Assembly (NCBI RefSeq): GCF_009914755.1
Contig: NC_060947.1
Source of the DNA: the human T2T-CHM13v2.0 reference genome, Homo sapiens
Reading direction: 5' to 3' (one strand)
Length of the DNA: 64,000 bases
Program-made: the position numbers and the translations under genes
In this document: positions 27,464 to 42,874 of the stretch, piece after piece
How positions within the stretch are numbered: the stretch's first letter is position 1
Layout: the number at the start of each line of letters is the position of its first letter
The notes under the pieces: generated by a model
Seen by the model: the letters and a program-made list of their open reading frames with translations, nothing else
What the model was told of the DNA's origin: nothing
The model's database searches: none

Positions 27464-30400
27464 TAAAGTCTGTTTTGACTGAAATTAGGATTGCAAGCCT
27501 TGTTTTTTCTGTCTAAGTCTTTTTGGTGGTCTCTAAAAACTTGTTTAATAAATCTGGGTTCTCCTGTTTTGAGTGCCTATATATTTAGCATTGTTAGTTC
27601 TTTTTGTTGAGCTGAGCCCTTTGTGTAATGCCCTTCATTGTCTTTTTGTACCTTTGTTGGTTTAAAGTATGTTTTATCTGAAATTAGGATTACAACCTCT
27701 GCTTTTTTCTGTTTTCCATTTGCTTGGTGGATTTTTCTTCCTCTCATTGTTTTGAGCCATTGGTGTCATTGCATGTGAGATGGGTCTCTTGATGACAGCA
27801 TACCAATGGGTCTTGGTTCTTTATCCACCTTGCCACTCTGTGCCTTTTAATTGGGGCATTTAGCCTGTTTACGTTTGAAATTAGTATTGATATAAGTCTA
27901 TTTAATCCTGCCATCATGACATTAGCTAGCTGTTACACAAACTTGTTTCTGTGGTTGCTTTATAGTGTCACTAGTCTATGTACTTTAGGGTGTTTTTGAG
28001 TTGGCTGATAATGGTCCTCCCTTTCCATATTTAATGCTTCCTTCAAAAACTTTTGGTAAGGTAGGTCTGGTGGTAATGAATTCCCTCAGCATTTGCTGGT
28101 CTGACAAGGATCTTATTTCTCCTTTGCTTATGAAGCTTAGTTTGGCTGGATATGAAATTCTTATTTGAAATTTCTTTTCTTTAAGAATGTTGAATATAGG
28201 CCACCAATCTCTTCTGGCTTGTCGGGTTTCTGCTGAAAGGTCCACTGTTACTCTGATAGGCTTCCCTTCACAGTTGGCCTGGCCTTTTACTTTGGATGCC
28301 TTTAATATATTTTCTTTTACTTCAACCTTGGAGAATCTGATGGTTATGTATCTTCGGGATAATCCTCTTGTGTAGAATCTTTCAGGGGTTCTCTGTATTT
28401 CCTAAATTTGACTGTTGGCCTCTCTAGTGAGGTTGGAGATATTTTCATGGACAATATACTGAAATATGTTTACCAAGTTGTTTCTTTTCTCCCCTTCTCT
28501 TTCAGTGATGCCAATGATTGGTAGATTTGGCCTCTTTACATAATTTCATATTTCTCAGATTTTCTTCATTCATTTTTATTCTTTTTACTTTATTTTTGTC
28601 TGACTGTCTTATTTGAGAGAGCTAGTCTTCAAGTTCTGAAATTCTTTCCTCAGCTTGGTCTATTCTGCTGTTAATACTTGAAATTGCATTGTGAAATTAT
28701 CTTAGGGTGTTTTTCAGCTCTGTCAGATCCATTAGGTTCTTTTTTTTTCTCTCTCTATTTTGTCCTTCAGCTCTTGTATCATTTTATTGTGATTCTTAGT
28801 TTCCTTGGATTGGGTTTTGCCATTCTCCTGAATCTTGATGATTTTCATTTCTATCCATATTCTGAATTCTGTGTCATTTCAGCCAACTCAGTTGGGTAAG
28901 AAAACTTGTTGGAGAACTAGTTTGATCGTTTGGAAGACATAAGTCTCTCTGGCCATTTGAGTTGCTGGAGTTATTGCATTGGTTCTTTCTCATTTCTCTG
29001 TGTGGGTGCTCCTTTAACTGCAGTGTAGATTGAGTACAATCAAAAGACTTCTTCTTTGCACGTTTTCACAGAGTCAAGGCTTTGTACAGGGTCGTTATTT
29101 GTGGCTCACTTCTTGTCTTTGGTTTCACAGGAGAATATATTTTTGTTGTTGAAGCTTTGGGGTGTGATGTGGTAGGTAGCACTAGGTATAGTGTTCAGTA
29201 AGTAGGCTCTTGCTCAGTTGTGTGACTCACAAATATTTCCTCATGTTTGCAGCTGTGCTCCCTCTTAATACTCTGAAAGTGTGGGCTCCTCTCCTATTTG
29301 AGTGCTGCCTCTATATTACAGCTTGGAAGTACCAGGCTCCTGACTGCTGCTCTGGGGTAATCTCAAAGTTTATATTCCCTCCCCAACTTGGAGGCAGCAG
29401 AGGAAGGGACCTTCACAGTGGTTGTGGACCAGGGTCTTTTACTTGTTTCCTGGAGGATCTACCCCAGAGGGAAGCAGTCAGTAACCACTCAGTGCAATCA
29501 GCCTGGTATGGGGGAACTGTGCTGTGGGCCCAAGCTGGGGGGCTCCCTGCCTGGTGATGGAGGGGTGGGTGGAACCAATGGGAAACAAACTGGCCTCCTC
29601 TCCTTGAGTCAACTGCAAGTTGTTGGAGGTGTGGATAAAGCACTTAGGGGGTTTGCTCCTTTGTTAACCCAAAGGTAGCAGAGATAGTACCGCTGCAGAG
29701 ACAGTGGCAGAGGGGCTTTCTGTTGCCCCTGGGGGCATCCACCTCCAAGAAACACAGAGCTGATGTTACTGGGAGTGTTCAATCAGTAGGATAGGGTGGC
29801 TGCACTGCTGGTGTGAGCTGGGGGTTCCACTTGTTGGGAAGCAGGGAGTGAAGGGCTCACTGGGAGGAGGGATTGGTCTCCTTTCCATATGGCGACTATG
29901 GCATGCTGTAATCTTGAGTGTAGCTCACAGGTTCTTTGTTTCTTCCCCCAACGAGGGACAGCAGAAATAGAATCATTGCTGTGGCAGTGGCAGAGGGGCT
30001 GTTACATATCTCTGTGAGCCTCTCCCCAGCGAGACTCCAGGCCACTACCAGTGGGTATGCTTAGCTGTGGGTGGAGGAGATTGTTCTATGATCATAAGCC
30101 AGTGTCCCAGCCTGGTGAGGAGTGGGGGTGGGAATTCTCAGAGAAGAAGGGCTGGACTCCTCTCTGTTTGGTGGCTACAGTGTGCTGGAAGTGCCACCAC
30201 AGTGATGGGGCACTTTGTTCCCTCCCCAGTGTGAGGACTGTTATGGTGGTACCATTGCAACTGCCATCACAGAGGGGTTACAGGTTGACTCTGGGATTTC
30301 ATCCATGGAGAACTGCTGGGCTACCTCTGATTGAAGTGGTCAAGCAAGGGCAGGGGGGTTGTGCTGGAGTCCCAGGTCAGGCAACCCTGCCCAGTGAGAA

Positions 30401-31037
30401 GAAGTGAGAACTGGGACCTGTGTGGAGAACAACCTGGCCACTTTTCCATGAGGTAGATGCTCTGTTTGGGGTGTCTGGATGAGCCCCTGGTCCCTGTGGA
30501 CTCTCCAGGGCCTGGAGACATCAAGCATGAGGGCTGCAAGACAGAAAAGATAGCAACACACTTCTCCAACTGTAAGCTCTATTGCAGACAGTTACAGAAC
30601 TGCTGCTAGCTTGATATCCCTGGCTTGTGGCTGGTGGGGTATTGCTGGAGACCCAAGCAAGGATGACTCATCCAGTGAGGAGATACAGGATCAGGTACCC
30701 ATTTAACAAAGAGTCTGAACACTTTTCTATAAGCTGCAGTATGCTGGGCACCTGCTCTAGACCCCAGTCACCTCAGAATTTCCAATACATGTTGCCAGCC
30801 TGAACACACCAGCAGGAGGAGGCTGGAGACCCAGGTTGGGAGGCCCTGCTCAATGAGGAAGAACAGGATCAGAGAACTGCAAAAAAAGCAGTTGGGCCAC
30901 TTTTTTGTAGAACAGCTGTGCTATTCTGGGGGTGCACTCCAGCCCCCATTTGCCACAGACTCTGTAAAGTCTGAAGGCAATAACAGCTAAGGCTTCAACA
31001 CAGCAAAGACGGCAGCCTGCCCCTCCCCCTGGGAGGT

Positions 31038-31970
31038 GCTGAAAAAGTGCTCATTGATCATCAGAGAAATGCAAATCAAAACTACAATGAGAGATTATCT
31101 CACTCCAGTGAAAATGGCTTTTATGCAAATGACAGGCAATGACAAATGCTGGAGAACACGTGGAGAAAAGGGAACCCTCATACACTATTGATGGGAATGT
31201 AAATTAGTACAACCACTATGGAGAACAGTTTGGAACTTCCTCAAAAAAACCTAAAACTTGAGCTACCATATGATCCAGAAATCCCACTGCTGGGCATACT
31301 CTCAAAATAAAATAAATCAATATATTGAAGAGATATCTGCAGTCCAATGTTTGTTGCAGCACTGTTTATAATAGCTAAGATTTGGGAGTAACCTAAGTGT
31401 CCATCAACAGATGAATGGATAAAGAAAATGAGGTACATGCACACAATGGAGTACTATTCAGCCATCAAAAGTAATGAGATTCTGTCATTCACATTAGTGG
31501 TGATGGAACTGGAGATCGTTATGTTAAGTTAAATAATCCAGGCACAGAATGACGAATTTTGCATGTTCTCACTAGTTTGTAGAAGCTAAAAATTAAAATA
31601 GTTGATGGCATACAGATAGAGAATAGGATGATTATAAGAGGCTGAGAAGGGTAATGGCAGGGTTGGGAGTTGGGAAGGGAAGTGGAGATGGTTACTGGGT
31701 ACAAAAAATAGAGTGAATAAGATCTGGTATTTGATAGCACAACAGGGTGGCTATTGTCAATAACAATTTAATTGTACATTTAAATATAACTAAAAGAGTA
31801 TAATTGGATTGTTTGCAACACAAAGAAATAATAAATGCTTTAGGTAATGGATGTCTCATTTATCCTGATGTGATTATGCATTGTGTTCCTGTATCAAAAT
31901 ATCTCATGTACCCTGTAAATATATACAACTACTATGTACCCACAAGAATTAAAAATTTAAAAAAAAAAGA
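31038..31970 (+). mobile_element. L1MA1/2-like 3' end (ORF2 C-terminus + 3' UTR + A tail)
   Basis: tcatcagagaaatgcaaatcaaaactacaatgag...atatatacaactactatgtacccacaagaattaaaaatttaaaaaaaa. Confidence 0.85.
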
Positions 31971-31971
31971 A

Positions 31972-32900
31972 AAGTGCTAAGAATAGAACCCAGGGAAACA
32001 ATGATATTCAATGGTTTGATAGAGGATAAGGAGCCTGCAGAGAAGACTGAAAAAGTGCAATCTGAAAGATGGGGGTGGGGAAAACAGGAAAGAATACTGC
32101 CATGGAAGTCAAAAAAGTAAAAAAATTTTAAGTAGAAGGCAGTGACCAATAGTAGCAAATGACACAGAAAATAAAATTAGGTAATAATTGAGATATGTAC
32201 ATTCAATTTCACAATTATTAAGAGGTAATCTTAAAGTATGTTCAGCCAGATTGCAACAGGTTGTAATAGGTTACAGGAGTGAGTTCTCACTGCAGTGAGA
32301 CAGTGAAATGGATAGAATGATAGTTGAAGGAGTTGTTTCTTGAGGAGTTTTTTTGTTTGTTTGTTTGTTTATTTGTTGTTATTGGAATAACACTTGATGA
32401 TTTTTAAATTCTGAGAGGGAACCCAACTAGAATATTGGAAAAGATTAAAGTCAGAGTTGAGCAAAAGGAAAATTAGTGAAGAAAGATCTCTCAAAGTATA
32501 TATGAAGTGGGGAGTTCTAGAGAACAAGTAGAAGGGAAGAAGACAATGGTAGGTATAGGCATAAGTATATTTTTCACCAGGTCAAGGTAGAAATTTTGAG
32601 GTGCCCCCCTCCCATATGGCCTCTATTTACTTGATGATAGAAAAATTAAGGCAACTTGCTGTAAGAGTAAGGAGTAGATGAGGTGGAGAAGGAGTCTGAA
32701 AAGACAGGTTATAAATTTTGGAATAGGCATTAAAAGAATGGGGAATGTTACTGACTGAGGCAATACAGAGGTATTTCTGGGTAGTGTTGTGGTTCTGCTT
32801 GCTGAAAACTAAGCTTTTGTAAGAACTCCAGTGTGGTTGTATGATTATCTTTTTTCTAGGCCAAGGAGCTTGGACACAGAAGTAGAGATATGATAGCTTG
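31972..32900 (-). mobile_element. Degraded L2
   Basis: gatagaggataaggagcctgcagagaagactgaaaaag and gccatggaagtcaa are L2-like antisense motifs; boundaries approximate. Confidence 0.55.
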
Positions 32901-32997
32901 AAATACAACTTTGTTTAATGAATACAATTTGAAGACTGCTGGGGAGTAATGACGTCTCATAGCTCAACCTATCTGGCCATTAAAAATGGTATGAGTT

Positions 32998-34380
<1,383 letters not shown>

Positions 34381-36539
34381 TGATATGGTTTTCCATGAGC
34401 AAAAATTTTAGGAGTCCATTGCCAGTTAGAGTATGAGGCATTGCAAATAAAGGCTTCAGTGCAGACACCATTTAGACATGGTGTAGAAATGGGCCTCCAC
34501 TCATGGTTTCTAGGCATGACTGTTTAGGCCCTATGGAATACATTGAAACACTTTCTCCTTTCCTTTTCTGTGTCATTCTGTGCTGTATTTTTTTTCTCTA
34601 CTGCTCTACTGATAGGGGTTAAAACTGGTTGTACATGTCTCTTTAGCCACTAGCACCCTGCAGCTGTGACACCATTGTGAGTGTCACCTTTTAACCTAGG
34701 ACACCATGATATATGTCACAAGGTACAAAACCTAGTTACACTACCCTACTTAATAGAGGCAGTTGGCCCATTTAGGAGGAGGAAGGATATTTCCCATATG
34801 GGGCTTCTATGTGATACGGGAGGCTCTTTGTCATAAATGTGTGTATATAGAAGCAGGGGGCTTCCTGTGAGCTCCAAGGGTGGTCTCAAAGTCAGGGACC
34901 CTTCAGGTCATATTTCTGCCCATGTTTTTATTTGTGCATCCATTAAGAACAGATCTTGGTATGACCTAAGAATAACTGTTACTAAGCCCCTTGCCAGGCA
35001 TTGGCTCTGTGGGAGGTCTTAAGCCAAGCACAGAAACTATTAACCAAGTTGGAGTTTAGGAGATTCTGTGAGTATAAAATGGGAGCCTGAGGAAATGTTG
35101 GTCTCATATAGAAAATTTGGAGTTAGTCACCCTGGCCATGTGTTCTGTGGGTCATGAGGAAGAGCCTTAAATTCCCAAAGAGCTCACCATTGAATTATAC
35201 CATCAGGATCCATTATTTTGGATTAAGTCATTACTTCCTCTCTTTTAGGGTATTGGGGGAAATGCTCTTTAAAAATATACAGCTAGAACAAGGAGGGAGT
35301 AAGTGGAAGCACTGGAAGATTTGGGAGAGAGCCAGAAAATGTTAAGTTTGGGCTGATGAGGTCAAAACTCCCAACTCTGGGAAGGGCTGGCTCAGAGCTT
35401 GCTTCCTTCCTTGCTTGCTTTCTGTACTCAGCGTAAGGGAGCATCTGTCAGACCCAAGAAGGCACAGAACCACAAGTGCCTCGTCTCTTTAGGATGAAAC
35501 TGGATAGTTGTTGAGCAGGAAGCAGCTTGGCACATAGAAATAAGTGATTGGGATTCCACTGAGGGAAGAAGATAAGACCTGGGTAAGCCATGGGCTTGTG
35601 CTGGCTTGAATTTCAAGTATCTTTGGGCTTTTAGCACTGTGAAAAGCAGGGAGCTCTTGAGAAGAAACTGAGGAAAGAAAGTGGAGATCATATGTTGTTA
35701 ATTAGAAAAGAAGGAATGACAAGAATGCTAAGCTTTAGCTTCAGTTCTCCTTGTAAGTTGATGACAAGCCACATGTAAAGTTTAAGATGGGTATTTTTGA
35801 ACTCATCCTTCTGCCCACTGGAGCAGCTCCAGCTGTATGGTAAAGAAACAAATGTGGCAAAACAGGATGTTTCAGGCTTTTACTTTCGAAGGGCCAAATG
35901 GAAGTAGAGATCTGGTCCTTTGGTCTCCTAATCACTGAAGATTGAAGGGTTTGTGACTCTCTAGGGCTGTATTTCTCACCCTGAGTAGGCATGCTGTTTT
36001 TTCAGGTGTGATTACAGGAGGGAAGAAAAGAGTAATCAGGTTAAGTAGGCCCTGTGAGGGAAGAATATGGGATTTCTCAGGTACAATGGCAGAAATAGGT
36101 GACCACTTCTGAGTCTACCAAGAATCCTTGGGCATTTCACTAAAACTGTCACTCAAAACTCCCAGATGGAATAATCTGTAGGTTTCCAAACAAAAAGATG
36201 GCGTCTTTCCTGGATTTCAAGCTTCTAGATACCTAGACCTCCTCTGGATAGAAAGAAGGAGATGCTTGACTGTGTATGCCTTTGCCTGGGGAGAATATAA
36301 GGAATTTTAATGATTTCCTGTGTAAAGTCGTGAGGGGCCTTGGGTAGCCAGTATAAACACAAGGCATTTCAGTTGATTGGATTTATGTTCCTGAAATCAG
36401 GAAACAGGCCAATGTAAGCCTCTGTTTAGCTCCATTCTACGGGACTGGAAGTTGGAATGCAAGGAGATGCTGCCTCAGTTTTTATCTTGTAGTCAGTGGC
36501 CACTCTGTTCTTTTTGGCTGTTGTTTCAGCTACTTAAAT

Positions 36540-36541
<2 letters not shown>

Positions 36542-36577
<36 letters not shown>

Positions 36578-36578
36578 A

Positions 36579-36624
<46 letters not shown>
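36542..36624. repeat. Compound (GT)n-(TA)n microsatellite
   Basis: About (GT)17, then acagtgtg, then about (TA)20. Confidence 0.95.
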
Positions 36625-36626
<2 letters not shown>

Positions 36627-36914
36627 TACCTCACTTCTCAGGGAGGTTAGGGGCTGACAGAGGGTCTGACTTCCATGGATAGGATGACTGAGTCACAAAA
36701 GGACTCCCTTCAAGCCTGGGATAATATTTCTGAAAGATACAGGGATTAGATCATATGTTCTTGAACATCCTTTTCAGAAAATCCCTTGTGTAAGAAGCAC
36801 AAAGGACATCCAGGAGCTTCCATTCTTCATCTGTTATCCAAGCCTATAGGGTCTACATCACTTTATCTCAAACTCATTTTTATACCCTGTCTTATGCAAA
36901 GAACTTGACACTAA

Positions 36915-37235
36915 GTTAGACAGCTCTGGAATCCAGCTTGGGCTCTGCCATCAGCTAGTTGTTTAAACTAAACAATTTACGAAGTAAAAGTAGCCACCAT
37001 TGACTACTGTGTCAGCCCAATGCTCAGTGCCTTACATAGATGTTCACATTTCATCCTCACAACCCTGGGAGGTAGGGACTACTATTATCCTCACTTGAGG
37101 AGGATACTGTTTTCTAGTTGAGAAAACTAAAGTTTAGTCATTGACTCAAAGTAAATGGCTAATCAGTGGCAAAGTCCAAATTAGAATCCAGAATTGTTTC
37201 CAAAGCCCACCATCCTAAGCATTAAAGTAGACTGC
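36915..37235. mobile_element. MIR fragments
   Basis: gaatccagcttgggctctgccatcagctag (sense), then tttcatcctcacaaccctgggaggtagg...gaaaactaaag (antisense core). Confidence 0.65.
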
Positions 37236-37774
37236 TTCCACTCATACACTTTGTACTCTTTCTGTTCTGGGTCCTTGTACAATAGGAATAATTATTTGAA
37301 AATACCTAGCCTGCCTTCTTTATGAGAATGTTTCCAGGACAAAATGAGAGGATGGCTATCTCATTCCATGAACATTTATGTGTTATGGGAAAGACATTAT
37401 TCTGGGGTGTGGGTATTCAAAAACAAATAAGAGGTTCCTTCCCTCCAGGAGATTACCATCTGTATATTCTGTCTTGAAATCTTGCCATCTGTGAAACTGC
37501 CTGGAAAAACATAAAGCATTATGCAAGTGCCTGTTTCCTATGATACTGTTTTATTGCATGTACAGTGAAGGAAAACTAACAGCCATAGGTACAGAACAAG
37601 CCAGGGTAAAATTCCACATGGCTTTCAGCTGCTCCCTACAAAACTTGGCAAGCAGCTGTTGCCAGTCCCAAGTGAGAATGAAAGGAGAGGAAATGGGCAG
37701 TAATATGAAGAGTGACTATAATGTAATGTGACTGCTGCTTTTTTGCAATCATATTAGGATGTGCACATCCTAAA

Positions 37775-38035
37775 GAGTGGTGTCCCCTTCAGACTAGTAC
37801 CTTGGGAGGCTAAATCCCTGTACATTTATTGCAATGATGTTGCCATTGCTCAAAATATTTTTTGGAACTCCTCTTTAGTAATTGAGTTCAGAGCCTGGGG
37901 CACATCCTTTTGAATAACCACAGTGGTGATAAATCTTTGTCCCTTGAGGATGGATTTGATTTTAGCAAACAGCTAAAAGTCATTCGGAGCCAAGTCTATA
38001 GAATAAGGTGGGTGATCCAGCTCAGTAATAGAGTC
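37775..38035. mobile_element. Mariner-like DNA transposon relic (MARNA-like)
   Basis: caatgatgttgccattgctcaaaatatttttttggaactcctc...gtcattcggagccaagtc, recalled as a MARNA signature. Confidence 0.65.
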
Positions 38036-38999
38036 TTTAATTTTTTTAAAAGAAAACAAAACCACTTCCTCTCTTCTTCATTCCTTTCCCCACCCTACTT
38101 TCCCCTTTCTTCCCCTCTCTTCTTCTCCCTTCCAAGTATGACTGTGAGCCATGAAGACCAGTTTTCTTGTGTGGTTAATAACCTAGTGTAAGCATTAAAT
38201 GACTACTATACAAGGTCACAAGACTATGTAAGGGGTGAACTAAGATTAAACACTATGTCTTATGCAGATCACAGCATTAAAAACTTCAGCTAACAGGGAA
38301 GCTTTATGATGACAAAGGAACCTAAATAATGGAAATACATGAGCAGAGGACTATGGGTTATTCGTCTCTAAAGGTTTTGCTATATCCTGCACAGAGGACA
38401 CAATTATATCATTGCTTGATGTCAGTAGAAATGTCCTGTGACTTGGTACTTCTTTCCAGACAAATCCAACTGGGGATAGGCCAACACCTCTGAAAACTGA
38501 CTTTCCAAATAGATTATAAGGATGAAACAAGAACTCTCTGCTTCTCTACCCACCCTGGAAACAATAATATTGTAGGAGAGTCAGGGCTGTGCCTGAGCAA
38601 ACTTGTGAAGGCATGGAAACATGTGTCTTTGGCAACCACTTTTTCATATCTGCCTCCTCAATTGCTATCACCACCTTCCCTTTATCTCCCTATTCCCCAG
38701 TTAAGGAGAAGAGTGTCCAGTTAGTGCATTCATGTTAAGAGGTTACAAAGACCATATACATTTTAGAAGAGGGCATCAGGGCTGTGATGAATCCAAAAAA
38801 AAGAGAAAAAAAAAAGGAAACCAGACAAGCAGAAGAGCTTGCCACATCAGGGAGGAGATATTTTAAGGCAAGGCCAGAATACCTCAAGTCACCCAAGAGA
38901 GGCAATATCTGCCACTCCTGTGCATGACATTATCCCTAGAGTGAGTTCTACCACAGGCTTTTTTCTCTCAAGTGTTGGCTTCCATTTTAAGAGCTAGAC

Positions 39000-39180
39000 T
39001 TTGAACCACAGAATTTCAGAGCTGCCAAAGCCCTCAAGGAGATCCCATACTGTCATTTTAAAAATTGAAAGCTAGGATGAGTGCAAGGGAGAAGCAGGAA
39101 GAGTAATAGCCTGCTCCCAGATCACAAAAGAAGTTAATGGCCCTACTGGAGCTAGAACGCAGGTCCCTGGCTTCCCACCA
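39000..39180 (-). mobile_element. MIR
   Basis: cagaatttcagagctg...cccagatcacaaaagaagttaatgg...ctagaacgcagg. Confidence 0.6.
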
Positions 39181-39963
39181 CAGTGGGTTTTTTTTTTCTC
39201 CAGGCCAGCAGTAGTTTGCAGAAATGCCTGCTTCAAAGGCTTTGTAAAGTGAGTCACACTTCCCGTGCTAGTTTCCTCTTGATACAAGAAGCTCTTATGT
39301 TTCTCAGTGGAGGAAGGAATGAGAAAAATGTCAGAATTCTATTCCATTTCCAGAGGCCCAACAGCTTCTCTCTTTTGAGGACAAGCAATCCCCTTGGGAA
39401 CTCAGGATCATTGCTTTTGAGTTCAAGCAGCCAGCATGCCTTTCACAGCAACTCGAGTTTGTGTGTGTTATTGAATCCCCAAGATGAACTATTAGAGAAC
39501 TATGTTTCCATGGGTCCCAGAGCACATGGTCTTAATTAGAATGTGCAAGAGAAAAGCAAATTTCCCCTTCTGAAGGTCTGAAAGTAACTTGAAATGCAGT
39601 CAATATTGTTCCAGCAGCCAATGCCTGGCTTCCAGCTGCTGCTTGGTGAAAATTCAAAACTCAAGATGACGCGTGGAGGGGTAGGTAGAGGTATAGAAGG
39701 CCAAACTGGGGAATAGAACCATAGGAGGACTGTAGTTAAAAGAGTACTAGGTTGTAGCTTCCCCAGGCTTCACCTCTGTCCCATTTCCAAGCCTCAACAA
39801 ACTCAGGCAGAGCTGATTGCAAGCCCATCCCAGTATGGGGTTCTATAGTGAGACCCACTGGACACTAGATCAACTCCTACCTCCTATATAAAGTTTCCAG
39901 ACTACTCTGGCTGACAGGAAACCCTCATGGCTTCTCAGCTCTTTCAACAAGAATATGATTACT

Positions 39964-40295
<332 letters not shown>

Positions 40296-40752
40296 TCACC
40301 ATTGAGTACATCTTTCCACTATTATATCCAATTCTTCAGTCTTCAGTGGGTGTGTTACCTTCTTCCTTCTCAGCTATATTGCAAGACTCTTGAGATCAGA
40401 ATCTATCTCTTCGTTTTTGCATATTCTATAGTGCCTGACTCAATTAAGGCCTTGCAGGTGACTGACCACAGAGAAGAGTTTGGACAAGGCACAGTAGCAC
40501 AAATGGTCCTCTCATCTTTTGCTGACCTTTTCCATCCAGGTTGCCACTCTGATCTGCACAGTTATGCTGGACATGTGAACTATAGGAAAGGCCAGCCCCT
40601 GAAGAATCCACCAGAGATAAGGCAGTGGAGGATAGGTGAGTGCTTTAGCAGGGTTAGGCAGTGAGGCCAAGCAAGTTGGATAAAGGGCAGGCAGAAAGAC
40701 ATTAAGAAGAGGAATGTAACTTCCCTCCCCATTTTTATCGAGGGTTGGTTAA

Positions 40753-41170
<418 letters not shown>

Positions 41171-42521
41171 CCGCCTTATAGTTCTTGTTTGGGTACATCT
41201 AGGAGTCCAAGTTTTACTGCTGTAGTTGTTTATGTAGCAGGGGAGGTGGACTCAGGAGGGGAGGTTAGAAGAGCCAAGAAACTTATGGAAGCATGTCTGT
41301 GTGTGTCTATATATTTGTACTCTATTTTTTCACACTGTGTCCTAGCTTGGATGCTACTAGACAATCAAATCCCTCTGTCACTTCTTCTCTAAAATGTCAC
41401 TAACACATCCCAATCCACACAGCTCCCACCGCCAATAATATAGTATATATATAATAGGTTAACTCTCACATGCTAAGTGGAAACACATGACCTATCAATC
41501 AAACGGGAATGAATTTTTTCTCAAAGATTCAGAGCATTGGTAGAGAATGAGCCCCAAGGTAGATGCCAAGAACTGGAAATAACTTCCCTGCAGGTAAGCT
41601 GGAGAGAGAAGCTGGTTCCTGGTTTGGTTTTGCTTTAGTTGTGCCATGAATCTCTAAAGCACCCAGGAAATTAGAAAGGGCTCTGACAAGGATTTCTGTG
41701 AGATTGCTCAGAAACAATGAGGGCAAATATGGTTCTGGACATTTTTTGGGCAAGTGTCACATAACTCATGGAGCTTCCTTGCTAACATTTCTTAGCCTGA
41801 CCTGTCTAGGACAGCCACCTATGTTATGTCATGCCCTCAGGAGTTCTGAGCTAAACAAATGGCATTCAGGTTCTCTATAAAGCATTATTAGAGAGGGCCA
41901 CCAGATCTTGGAAGTGAGATCTATTTTTTCCTCCCTTGTATACCCCATAGCACCTCACTTAAGACTGCCCACTCATTGCGACCAGCATCACTTGCAAACC
42001 AAAAAGTAAGAGCTAGTAGCAGCACACTGACTAAAAGTCAGGCAAAAGGGAGCATTTACAAACAATAATTAAGGCAGTTTCTCAAGAAATGTTTTAAATT
42101 AGGATGTTGTGGCGTCTGTCTGGGGTGATTTAAGCTGTTTCTAAAAGTTCCTTCTTAACCTAGGATTTCACCATCTCTAAGTTCTCCCTTCTAGAGGCCC
42201 AGATGGAAAACAACTTTCATCCAGGAGCCACGTGGCCCACCCTCATTGCCTCCTACTCTTTCACTTAGAATGTTTTGCTCCCTGCTTTAGGCACATGTTT
42301 CAGCCCTGACAGCTTTGTTGAAATATGTTGGTGCTTGTTAAGGATGCAAGGCAACAGAAGTAATTACGTGTGTGGGCTGATGGGTATCCTCGTGTCAGGA
42401 ATTCCTGGAGTTTGAGCCTATCTTGGTGGGCAGGATGAGGTGGGCTGAGGGCATGGATGGAGAAACTGCCTTTGGATGAAGCTCTATATGTCTTTAGGTA
42501 TCTTTTTTCCTTTGGAAAGAA

Positions 42522-42523
<2 letters not shown>

Positions 42524-42556
<33 letters not shown>

Positions 42557-42580
42557 TGCACGCACACACACATATACACA
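42524..42580. repeat. (CA)n microsatellite
   Basis: Direct reading. Confidence 0.95.
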
Positions 42581-42826
42581 CCCCCTTCCCAAACAGATTA
42601 CAGGAAAGCTGAATGATAGACTTATATCCTTATCACTGGGGGCAAGAGATCAAGGGAGCCAAGTTTAATGTTTTCTAAATAAAATAGTTTTAAAATGACA
42701 GTACTAGTTACAGGATCTTGGGGATAATAAGGAGTCTTGAAAAAAAATCTGTTCTAGCACCCTTGCCCTCAAATCTTCAGAGAGTGTATTTATTTACTCT
42801 CTGTTCATTGAGGATGTATCTGCTGC

Positions 42827-42828
<2 letters not shown>

Positions 42829-42870
<42 letters not shown>
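42829..42870. repeat. (TG)21 microsatellite
   Basis: Direct reading. Confidence 0.95.

Positions 42871-42874
<4 letters not shown>

Noticed and set aside
39665-39895. CRE-like tgacgc plus tatataaa as a promoter
   Set aside because: Short motifs expected by chance; no CpG island or downstream exon.
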